Of a DNA stretch of 18,680 nt, positions 1 to 7,883 are shown in pieces. The position numbers were made by a program, and so were the translations under genes. The stretch is from NCBI GenBank assembly GCA_046757025.1, contig JBHHXN010000102.1:1-18680 (forward strand), written 5' to 3'. Each line of letters begins with the position of its first letter. The stretch's first letter is position 1. Origin of the DNA: a bacterium. GTDB taxonomy: Bacteria > Zhuqueibacterota > Zhuqueibacteria > Oceanimicrobiales > Oceanimicrobiaceae. The notes beneath the pieces were generated by a model that had not been told where the DNA came from, made no database searches, and saw nothing but the letters and a program-made list of their open reading frames with translations.

Positions 1-55
1 CAGTTCGAGAAAAACATTTTAAAAACAATTAATTTCACAACTGCGAAACTTGAGT

Positions 56-218
56 TAGTGATTGACCGATTACGGTCTTTTCTTGTCGTTCCTGCCTGTT
101 TTTAGCAGGAATCTCCTGCCTGAAATGAGGCGATCCCAGCACAAAGCTTGTTCCTGCATGTCTTTAACAGGGAGTTCGCTGGAATGACATGAAGAATCGA
201 GTTTTCGGTCAATTACTA
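56..218. mobile_element. MITE-like element (copy A) with 14-bp terminal inverted repeats, carrying an internal REP-like palindrome
   Basis: Left end TAGTGATTGACCGA (56-69); right end TCGGTCAATTACTA (205-218, reverse complement TAGTAATTGACCGA), 13/14 match. Both ends carry a TA dinucleotide. The same ends bound 7884-8067. No ORF inside. Confidence 0.65.
84..189. repeat. REP-like palindromic element of the GTC(A/G)TTCC...GGAATGAC type
   Basis: TGTCGTTCCTGC (84-95) pairs imperfectly with GCTGGAATGACA (178-189). Internal hairpin TTCCTGC (89-95) / GCAGGAA (105-111). Resembles widespread GTCATTCC(C/T)GC...GC(A/G)GGAATC intergenic palindromes. Confidence 0.55.
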
Positions 219-237
219 TTTAATTGGGCGGTACAAA

Positions 238-1098
238 TTAAACCGTTTGACTTTTTACAGCTTCCCAGCCAATGAGCGCTTTTTTCCTTGCAGACCCGCC
301 CTGATAACCGCCGAAGTCGCCGATTTTGCGGATGACCCGGTGGCAGGGGATGATAAAAGGTATGGGGTTGCTGGCCACCGCGTTGGCGACCGCCCGTACC
401 GCCTTCGGGTTGCCGATTTGTGCCGCCACCTTCTCGTATGAAACCAGGGCGCCAGTAGGAATGCGCAGCAGCGCTTCCCAGACTTTTAATTGAAAATTGG
501 TGCCTTTTAAAAAAAGATGCAGCGGTACCGTCTTTCGGCTATTGCCCTGCTTGAAAATATAGTGAATCAATTTTCCAGTTTTTTGAGGATTCTCCTGCAG
601 CCGCGCCTGTCGCCATTTTTTCTGCAACTCCTCCACCTCGAGCTCCTTCGGGTTTTGTTTTAAGAAAGTCAAACCGCAGATTCCGCGCTCCGTTACCGCC
701 AGCAAACATTCGCCAAAAGGGGTTGCGTGCACGCCGTATTCGATCAGCAATTCAGCGCCTTGGCTTTTAAATTCGCCCGGGGTCACGGCTTCGCAATGGA
801 CAAATAAATCGTGCAGCCGGCCGGGGCTGGACAATCCGGCTTCGTAGGTCACATCCAACAAATTTTCCGATTTTTGCAGCAGGATTTTGGCGTATTCTTT
901 CGTAAGATACTGCAAAAATCTTTTGGGACTGATGCCCACCCACTGGCTGAAAATTCGTTGAAAATGATGTTCGCTGAGATGGAGGTTTTTCGCGACCTCT
1001 TGCAGGTTGGGCTGGGATTGAAAATTATCCTCCAGATATTGGATGGCTTTTTCAACGCGAAGGTAATTGTAAGCGGATTGCGTGAAATCGATTGACAT
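238..1098 (-). CDS. Bifunctional AraC-type HTH / methylated-DNA--protein-cysteine (O6-methylguanine) methyltransferase, Ada-like, without the N-terminal Zn-binding domain (286 aa)
   Basis: AraC HTH (PNLQEVAKNLHLSEHHFQRIFSQWVGISPKRFLQ...GLSSPGRLHDLF). The C-terminal MGMT domain has GTNFQLKVWEALLRIP, AVRAVANA and the catalytic IPCHRV. Start moved from 1248 to ATG 1098 because GGAGG (1110-1106) precedes it and the upstream 50 codons cover AT-rich promoter DNA. Confidence 0.9.
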   Translation of the reverse strand: MSIDFTQSAYNYLRVEKAIQYLEDNFQSQPNLQEVAKNLHLSEHHFQRIFSQWVGISPKRFLQYLTKEYAKILLQKSENLLDVTYEAGLSSPGRLHDLFVHCEAVTPGEFKSQGAELLIEYGVHATPFGECLLAVTERGICGLTFLKQNPKELEVEELQKKWRQARLQENPQKTGKLIHYIFKQGNSRKTVPLHLFLKGTNFQLKVWEALLRIPTGALVSYEKVAAQIGNPKAVRAVANAVASNPIPFIIPCHRVIRKIGDFGGYQGGSARKKALIGWEAVKSQTV

Positions 1099-1261
1099 GC
1101 TTTGGCCTCCTATTTTAATTGACACAAAGTAGCCAATCCTTTTTAAAATATCCACCCGATTCTTGCGTAAAGTTGGATACAATACCATGATACCGCGATT
1201 AATTTTTACCGGTGAAACATCAAAAGAATATTGAAAAAAGTTCGACAAAATGAAAAAAATG

Positions 1262-1290
1262 TTGACATTCCTAATACGATGTATTATATT
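1262..1290 (+). promoter_or_regulatory. sigma70-type promoter of the PadR operon
   Basis: TTGACA (1262-1267), 17-nt spacer, TATATT (1285-1290), about 65 nt upstream of the padR ATG. Confidence 0.8.
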
Positions 1291-1295
1291 GAGGT

Positions 1296-1322
1296 TGTTT
1301 ATATAGATTCTCTATATAAACA
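1296..1322. promoter_or_regulatory. Perfect inverted repeat, probable PadR autoregulatory operator
   Basis: TGTTTATATAGA-ttc-TCTATATAAACA (12-bp perfect arms, 3-nt spacer) at the predicted transcription start. Confidence 0.7.
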
Positions 1323-1354
1323 CTATCTACATAAATATATATATTTTAAATAGT

Positions 1355-1702
1355 ATGAAGTTAACGGCTATTGAAATACCCTATTTAACGAAGAATTGTA
1401 ATGAAGCGTTGATCCTGTCTATTCTCTTTAAGGGTAAAAAACATGGTTATCAATTAGCGCTTGAAATTGAGCAAGAGAGTGATGGGTATTTTAAATTTAA
1501 TCATGGTACTCTTTACCCGATATTACACAAGTTAGAAAAAGCGGGTTTGATTAAAGGCACCTGGAAACAGGAAGGACCTAAACGACAAAGAAAATATTAT
1601 GTGCTGACGGCCAGAGGAAGAAAATACGTTATAAACCAGCTCCATGAATGGCGTAGATTTTTTGATCATTTTTTTGATATTTTAGGAGAAATTGAGAAAT
1701 GA
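1355..1702 (+). CDS. PadR-family winged-helix transcriptional regulator (short, subfamily-2-like)
   Basis: LILSIL...HGYQL...GTLYPILHKLEKAGLI...RQRKYYVLTARGR is the PadR signature; 115 aa. Confidence 0.93.
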   Translation: MKLTAIEIPYLTKNCNEALILSILFKGKKHGYQLALEIEQESDGYFKFNHGTLYPILHKLEKAGLIKGTWKQEGPKRQRKYYVLTARGRKYVINQLHEWRRFFDHFFDILGEIEK

Positions 1703-2439
1703 ATCGTTTCGCCCCCTTTTTGAAAGAGGTTAATGAGAAGCTAAATCTGCCCCAACCTACCAAGTCTCGCATTCTTCTTGAGATGGCTGCCGATCTGGAA
1801 GATCTCTTCAATTATTTCCGTGAATCCGGGTTAGATGAAGCGCAAGCTCTGCAAAAAACCGAAGAGATGCTCCGCACGAATGACGAAACTTTGGCGGAAC
1901 TGGTTCAAATTCACGACACGGGATTCAGAAAATTTCTCAACAAATTGTCCGAACAAGCTCAAACACGCTGGGAACGAGTTTGTTTGGTGTTGTTATTTTT
2001 ATTCCTATTTTTCTTTGTGGGCAGGGAGATATTTAGTTTTCGATTTTTCTCCAATGCCAGCCACTTTATCTGGCCGATTTTAGGAATTTCTCTGGCAATG
2101 ACCGTTTTAGCCACTTCGAAAATTTACCGGCTTTTTATTAAGAAGGATCACCGAATTAGAAAGCTGCATTCTGGTTTATCCACTTTTTTGTTTTTGTGTG
2201 GCTCGAGTTTGATGATTGCAGTTGGCGGCTTTCTTGTAGAGCTTTATCAAACAGCGGGTAAAATCATGCGGGATAGTGAGCATGCTTTTCATTATATAAT
2301 TGAATGGTTATCAAAAGGAAGTGCGCTTATTATCGTCAGCGCTTTTATCACCATATTTGCAGCTATTCTGTGGTTTATTTTTCTGATCAGAATTACAAAA
2401 ATCGAGATCGCTGAAATGGCTTATCTGAGTAACGATTGA
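1699..2439 (+). CDS. Membrane protein with an N-terminal HAAS-like helical domain and a C-terminal MotA/TolQ/ExbB-like TM domain
   Basis: ATGA overlap with padR. The N-terminus FLKEVNEKLNLPQPTKSRILLEMAADLEDL...GLDEAQALQK resembles helical domains that partner PadR. About 4 hydrophobic segments; the C-terminal half aligns by eye with 2482..2871. Confidence 0.7.
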   Translation: MNRFAPFLKEVNEKLNLPQPTKSRILLEMAADLEDLFNYFRESGLDEAQALQKTEEMLRTNDETLAELVQIHDTGFRKFLNKLSEQAQTRWERVCLVLLFLFLFFFVGREIFSFRFFSNASHFIWPILGISLAMTVLATSKIYRLFIKKDHRIRKLHSGLSTFLFLCGSSLMIAVGGFLVELYQTAGKIMRDSEHAFHYIIEWLSKGSALIIVSAFITIFAAILWFIFLIRITKIEIAEMAYLSND

Positions 2440-2481
2440 GTTAATTGAATTAGTGGATAATTAAAAATAAAGGAGGATACT

Positions 2482-2871
2482 ATGTTTACCTGGTTTTATG
2501 ATGGTGGGGTGTTTATGTTGCCGTTATTGATATTATCCATAACCGTCCTCACCTTGACGTCAAAAAAAATTATTGAGCTTTATGGTAAAAAAGAACTTGA
2601 TTTCACGCGCCTGGAAGTGGGCCTGAATGCGATTATTTTCTGGGGAGGCTTAAGTGTAGTTATAGGTTTTTTAGGCTCTTTCCTGGGAATCTATATCGCA
2701 GCTGGGCACATTCCGGCCACAGCGGATGACATTTCAGCAAGCATTGTCTGGGGCGGCATCCGCGTGGCCTTAACCACGACCATTTTTGGTTTGATTATTT
2801 TTGCCTTTGCATCGATTGCCTGGTTTATTTTGCGCAGTCAGCTCAAGAAGTTGATGAGAAATACGGTGTGA
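2482..2871 (+). CDS. Small MotA/TolQ/ExbB proton-channel-like membrane protein
   Basis: RBS AAGGAGG (2470-2476). GGVFMLPLLILS ... IGFLGSFLGIY ... ISASIVWGGIRVALTTTIFGLII matches the ExbB/TolQ TM motifs (GLLGTV.G / GI..AL.TT..GL); 3 TMs with a very short cytoplasmic loop. Confidence 0.8.
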   Translation: MFTWFYDGGVFMLPLLILSITVLTLTSKKIIELYGKKELDFTRLEVGLNAIIFWGGLSVVIGFLGSFLGIYIAAGHIPATADDISASIVWGGIRVALTTTIFGLIIFAFASIAWFILRSQLKKLMRNTV

Positions 2872-2901
2872 ATAATTTGAGTTCTACCAATTAATTGGCG
2901 T

Positions 2902-2944
2902 TCCGTGCGGTTTGAACAATTCAAATCGCACGGATTACCTTTAT
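2902..2944 (+). terminator. Stem-loop terminator after the PadR operon, possibly bidirectional
   Basis: TCCGTGCGGTTTGAA-caa-TTCAAATCGCACGGA (15-bp stem with one G-U pair) followed by TTACCTTTT, between convergent genes. Confidence 0.7.
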
Positions 2945-3134
2945 TATCCATTTTTTGTTTTGCGATTTGGATTTTTGCAAAACCCCACCAAATGTGTTTC
3001 AGTTGTATCCAAAAACAACTTGATTTTTATACGATACTATCGTAGAAATTCAAAAGATTTTATACGATAGCAGCTGGTTAATCGAAAACTCGTATTTTCA
3101 TCCAGTAACTAAACGCACAGTTGAAGTGCCTGAA

Positions 3135-5228
3135 TTAAAACCCAGCCCCATACCTTTCCTGTAGCTTTTGAATACCCAACGGCTCTCCAATGAATGTCAG
3201 TCGGTCGTGCTCTTTGAGCACGGTACGGCCTCGGGGAATGATGATCTCTCCACCTCGATGAATGACCGCGATCAGAGCGCCTTCGGGAAGCTTGAGATCC
3301 CGAATGGCTTGCCCAATCATGCTGGCGGTTTTGTTTTTCTGAGATATTCGGAACAGAACGAAATGCTCATCGCGATGCAGAATCTCTTTTAAGTCCATAT
3401 CATGGCTGGCTTTCAACCAGTGTTTCATGAAGCGTTGGTCGTCCGCCTGACCGGCAATTTGCGCCAGTAACCGCAAATGCTGGCCCGGGTCGTTTTCCGG
3501 GCTCACGAGAAAGAAAAAAGCAAAAACCGGTTTATCAGAAGCGTGTTCCCCAAGAAATTCGTCGTCCACATCCACCATCACGCCTTTTTGCGCTCGCACG
3601 ATGACCATTTCCGGGAGTTGGATATCCGGCAGACGCAGATGGGGCAGGGCCACGCCATGGGAAACCGGTGTGGCGCCCACGCGCGTACCCTGCATGAAAC
3701 TCTCCACCAGCAAGTCGGTTGCAACGGGGAGCCGCTGGGACAATTTTTCGGCGGCTTTGTGCACCACTTCTTCAAAAGTGAACTCCGCCGCCAAATCGAT
3801 AACTCCAGCGCGCGCGATGACCATTTCAAACGGATCTTCTTCACGCAACCCTTTTTCCTGTAAAATGCCCCGCAGCTCGCGATCCAGCCCTTTGTAGCTG
3901 CGTTCGCCAAGCCGGGCAAACACATGATAAACCGCGCCTTCTCTTTGCACCTTATTACGAGCGTAATAATGGTACCAGGCAACTCCGGCCAAAATGAGAC
4001 CCGCGGTGAAAACAGAAGGCCATACGCCCATTTCCACGATCAACAGAAGCGGTGCGACAATGCCGGCAATATGCAGCCAGGGGTACAGGGGTGAGCGGTA
4101 ACCGGGATCGTACGACTCGAGCCGACTTTCTCGCATGATGATCACCGCCAGGCAGCTCAGGGCAAACAAAAGCAGTTGAAAGGCGCTGGCTAATTTGGCG
4201 ATTTTAGTCGGGTCGAACAGCAAAAGACAGGCGATGATGAGAACGATTGTAACGTAAATGGCAAATTTCGGTGAGCGGTGTTTGTTCAAAATGCGAAAAA
4301 ATCGCGGCGTCAATTGATCCCGGCTCATGGCCAGCGGATAGCGGGAGGCGCTCAGGATGGCTGAGTTGGCCACCGAAAAGAAGGCTAATACCGCTGCGAT
4401 AGTGATGAAAACCGTCCCTACTAAACCAGCAAACGACTTAGCCGAAGTGGCCACCGGCGTTAAATCGCGATAAAATTCTTGTGGGGGAATGGTGCCAACC
4501 ATGAGTATCGTGCCCAGGCTGTAGATGACGATGGCGGTCACCAGCGCCAACATCATGGCCAGCGGTAGATTTTTTTCTGGATTTTTGACTTCTTCAGAAA
4601 CGCTGGCGATGTTGGTCAGGCCCACGTAACTGATGTACACCAAGCCCGCGGTGCTGTAGATAGGCTGCCAGCCTTTGCTGAAATATTCTAAAAAATGTCT
4701 GGCTTTTAAATGAAAAAAGCCTTGCCCGCAGACGCCTGCCAGGATGAGAAAGAGACCGATCACCAAAAAGATTTGAAATTTGCTGGTTTTTTTTGCGCCG
4801 AATAAATTGAGCACGCCAAAAAGAATCGCAAATCCGATAGCCAACGGCACGATGGGCACTTCGGGCAGAAAGATGCCGATGTACGCGCCCATGCCGATGA
4901 GCGCAAAAGCGGTTTTGAGGATCAGCGCCAGCCAGGTGCCCAGGCCTCCCACGGTTCCGACCATGGGACCCAGGCTGCGATCTAAAAAGTAGTAAATGCC
5001 GCCGGCGCGCGGCATGGCGGTGGAAAGCTCGGCCATGCTCAAAACGGCGGGAATGAGGTGCAGCGCCGCAATCAAATAGCTGATGGTCACCGCAGGGCCG
5101 GCTTGAGCTGCCGCCAGTCCGGGCAGAAGAAAAAAGCCGGAGCTGAGCGTGGCGCCCGTGGCCAGAGCGTAAATATTAAAGAGGGTCAGCTCTTTTTTCA
5201 GGCGCTTGGATTTGGGGATGACAGACAT
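3135..5228 (-). CDS. APC-family amino acid permease fused to PTS EIIA (type 2) and TrkA-C/RCK_C domains
   Basis: N-terminal ~12-TM region (GATLSSGFFLLPG, AELSTAMPRAGGIY, SEEVKNPEKNLP). EIIA motif GATPVSHGVALPHLR plus HLRLLAQIA. RCK_C motif IGQAIRDLKLPEGALIAVIHRGGEIIIPRGRTVLKEHDRLTFIG. Confidence 0.88.
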   Translation of the reverse strand: MSVIPKSKRLKKELTLFNIYALATGATLSSGFFLLPGLAAAQAGPAVTISYLIAALHLIPAVLSMAELSTAMPRAGGIYYFLDRSLGPMVGTVGGLGTWLALILKTAFALIGMGAYIGIFLPEVPIVPLAIGFAILFGVLNLFGAKKTSKFQIFLVIGLFLILAGVCGQGFFHLKARHFLEYFSKGWQPIYSTAGLVYISYVGLTNIASVSEEVKNPEKNLPLAMMLALVTAIVIYSLGTILMVGTIPPQEFYRDLTPVATSAKSFAGLVGTVFITIAAVLAFFSVANSAILSASRYPLAMSRDQLTPRFFRILNKHRSPKFAIYVTIVLIIACLLLFDPTKIAKLASAFQLLLFALSCLAVIIMRESRLESYDPGYRSPLYPWLHIAGIVAPLLLIVEMGVWPSVFTAGLILAGVAWYHYYARNKVQREGAVYHVFARLGERSYKGLDRELRGILQEKGLREEDPFEMVIARAGVIDLAAEFTFEEVVHKAAEKLSQRLPVATDLLVESFMQGTRVGATPVSHGVALPHLRLPDIQLPEMVIVRAQKGVMVDVDDEFLGEHASDKPVFAFFFLVSPENDPGQHLRLLAQIAGQADDQRFMKHWLKASHDMDLKEILHRDEHFVLFRISQKNKTASMIGQAIRDLKLPEGALIAVIHRGGEIIIPRGRTVLKEHDRLTFIGEPLGIQKLQERYGAGF

Positions 5229-5238
5229 CTAATTCAGA

Positions 5239-7806
5239 TTAATGCGTGTAGAGCGCGTTAAATAAGAGTTTAAACGTGCCATACGTTTGCCCGCGGTGCT
5301 GTACACGAAAGCCGTACAGAATAGCTCTGCCTTTGCCAGCGGGAATTTCTGCCAGCGCCACTTTGTTGAAGAGCTTGTCCTCGCCCACCAGCCAACCGCT
5401 TTGCAGAATATTTCGGCTGCCGTAAAAGCCGGTTTCTTTTATCTCGCGGTGGTAGGCATTGAGCTTCAGGGCGAGGGGGGTATTGGCATAAATGGATGCC
5501 TTCTCCTGCATTCCAGCGGTCAGGGAAGAAGTCCGATCCAAATTCACCTCAAACAAACTTCCAGGTGCAAAGTAGTCTTTGCGATTGACATTTTTCAGTG
5601 TGTTTTGTACTGGCAGTTTTAATTTATCCGCGGCAAAGTTGCAGGCGTCTCCCAGAAGCAGTAACGTTCCTCCGTCTTTTAAGAATTGCCGCACTGCGTC
5701 CACGCCGACTTTCCCGATACCGCCGATATACTCGGTACGGGTTTTGGGAGCGCCAAACTGTGGGGCTGAGTCGGTTCTCGAACGACCGTCCACGATGCTG
5801 TTGCTGCTTTGGCTGCCAAAAATCAACACATCATAATGCTCGCTCAATTTGGCCTTTTTCTTGAAATCGGCATTGTGCAGTATTGAATACTCAAATCCAA
5901 AATTATCTAATACCAGACGCAGCCAGCCTTCGTCATAGGATCTGGAAATCCAGGGCTGGTAAACGGCGATGCGCGCCGGTTTCACGCTTTTTTTCGGATG
6001 ATCATTGGTGCTGCTGTGAAAGGCGATAGGAACCTGATATTTCTGGCTTTTGTCTGCCAGCTCCGACAATTTTGATTCGCTCACCTGCACCACAAACGAA
6101 CCCGGCCCCAGGTTATCCCCGGCGGTTTCCAGCTCATAAACTTCGAAATCGGACTGCAAAAGATCGTTCACTAATTTGTAGCTGTGGTTAAATCGCCGTT
6201 CAAAAGCGATCCACCCCGGCTGAATATTTTGGGTGCTGATGGGCAGTTCTGGCTCCACTTTTTTCATGGCCACCGTAAACGGCTGGTTCACTTCCACCAC
6301 CGAAACACCGAACTGCAGCGGCAGAGTCCAGGCAGTGACGTCATACGGACGGCGGGGCGGACCGCCCGGATACTCGCGTAAATTTGGGTAGGCCTGCACT
6401 TCCAGCAGATCTTTTATGTATGCACGGGCGGGTTGCGCCAGCGGAACAATGAACGTGCCTTTCGTAAAAGTCTGATTTTGGGCGGTAAAATCTGCCTGCG
6501 CCTGAAAAACTTCCACATTGGCGATGCGCAGACGGCGCAGCATCTCAACAGCGTTGTTGGGATCGTGCTGCTCCAGCGGGATGAGAAAAGCAAAGGGATT
6601 TCCCGCTTTGCCAGCCTGAATGGCCTCAACATTGAGGCGATAGAAATTGCGTTTGAATTTTTCTTTGTAGGTGGCGGCCAGGTCCAGCATGGAATAGGTG
6701 GCGGCTTTTTCGTATTCGATGATATCCCGCAGGCGCCACCAACCGCCCGGCCAGGGCGCCAGAAAATTCGTTTGCTGGGCATAATCGGGTAAGTCAATTC
6801 CCATGCCTCTTAAACTGGTTTTCGGGAAGAAAATCGGCGAGGCGATACGAGAGCTGGCGGCCTCTGTTAAAATGCCAATGCGGTTGTGCCAGAGCGGCGT
6901 TTTGGACATGGTGCCTTCAAAAAAGGCGTTAAAAATCGTGCCTGTGACCACGCCGGTAAATCCTGCATCGTGCATGTCGGCAACCACGTGTTTGCCCAAC
7001 ATGTTGACGTTGGCCATGAGCGATGCCGGCACATTTGGGTTCACCGGATCGGCGTATGGCGGCAGAAACAGCCGGGCGCCGGCCGAACCCATCTGATGCT
7101 GATCCATGACGATTTCCGGATACCAATCGTGGTACAGCACTTTCGCCACATTCTGACTTTCGACGAGATTAAAGAAGAACCAGTCGCGGTTGTTATCGTG
7201 ACCAGCGTAATGATGATATTTCCAGGGTAAACTGCTGTCTTCGTATTCGGTGTTCAGATTTTGCTGGTACCATTTTGTCACCATGTCCTGGCCATCTGGA
7301 TTTAAGGACGGCACCAATAGAACGATGACGTTTTCCCGAATCTTTTGAATATTTGGTTTGTTGGAGGTGACCAATTCATAAGCCAGCTCCACCGATTCTT
7401 GACTGGAGGCGATTTCGGTGGAATGAATGTTCAGCGTGATGAGGAACACCAATTTCCCATCCCGTATCAATTTTTCTGCCCGGATTTGATCCAGGTCATA
7501 CGGACGTGCGATTTGCTGTTGAATTTGTTGGTATTTGTCGAGATTTTGAATGCTTTCCTTGGAGCCGATGACGGCCATGATCATGGGCTTTTTCAAGGTG
7601 GTTCTTCCGATTTCAATCACTTTGATGCGATTGGACTGTTCATTGAGCATCTGGAAGTAATTCACAATCTGGCTCCAGTTGATCAGTTTTTTGTCCGCCC
7701 CCATTTGAAAGCCAAAAGTTTCTTGCGGCGATTTAAGGCTCTGGGCACTGACTATCTGGAACAGAAATGCAAAGATAATAAAGACCGCTACCGATATTCG
7801 TTTCAT
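5239..7806 (-). CDS. Secreted M14-family zinc carboxypeptidase with a C-terminal class-I glutamine-amidotransferase-like domain
   Basis: Signal peptide MKRISVAVFIIFAFLFQIVSA. Zn ligands IHSTE (HxxE) and DQHQM; PSLNPDG, DNNRD and GILTE motifs. C-terminal DEGWLRLVLD...YDVLIF...FLKDGGTLLLLG. RBS GAGGGAG. Confidence 0.88.
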   Translation of the reverse strand: MKRISVAVFIIFAFLFQIVSAQSLKSPQETFGFQMGADKKLINWSQIVNYFQMLNEQSNRIKVIEIGRTTLKKPMIMAVIGSKESIQNLDKYQQIQQQIARPYDLDQIRAEKLIRDGKLVFLITLNIHSTEIASSQESVELAYELVTSNKPNIQKIRENVIVLLVPSLNPDGQDMVTKWYQQNLNTEYEDSSLPWKYHHYAGHDNNRDWFFFNLVESQNVAKVLYHDWYPEIVMDQHQMGSAGARLFLPPYADPVNPNVPASLMANVNMLGKHVVADMHDAGFTGVVTGTIFNAFFEGTMSKTPLWHNRIGILTEAASSRIASPIFFPKTSLRGMGIDLPDYAQQTNFLAPWPGGWWRLRDIIEYEKAATYSMLDLAATYKEKFKRNFYRLNVEAIQAGKAGNPFAFLIPLEQHDPNNAVEMLRRLRIANVEVFQAQADFTAQNQTFTKGTFIVPLAQPARAYIKDLLEVQAYPNLREYPGGPPRRPYDVTAWTLPLQFGVSVVEVNQPFTVAMKKVEPELPISTQNIQPGWIAFERRFNHSYKLVNDLLQSDFEVYELETAGDNLGPGSFVVQVSESKLSELADKSQKYQVPIAFHSSTNDHPKKSVKPARIAVYQPWISRSYDEGWLRLVLDNFGFEYSILHNADFKKKAKLSEHYDVLIFGSQSSNSIVDGRSRTDSAPQFGAPKTRTEYIGGIGKVGVDAVRQFLKDGGTLLLLGDACNFAADKLKLPVQNTLKNVNRKDYFAPGSLFEVNLDRTSSLTAGMQEKASIYANTPLALKLNAYHREIKETGFYGSRNILQSGWLVGEDKLFNKVALAEIPAGKGRAILYGFRVQHRGQTYGTFKLLFNALYTH

Positions 7807-7883
7807 TTTGCTCCCTCATTTTTTTTAATGGAGATGAAAAGTGGATTAGATTGGTCAAGTTCAACTGACATGCAAGAGATAAA

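Noticed and set aside
1..57. TTTCACAACTGCGAAACTTGAGTTA, possibly the end of another mobile element abutting copy A
   Set aside because: Any partner end would lie outside the window, so it cannot be supported here.
1099..1248. 50-aa N-terminal extension of the Ada-like ORF
   Set aside because: No domain-like features; it covers AT-rich divergent promoter DNA; a good RBS precedes ATG 1098.
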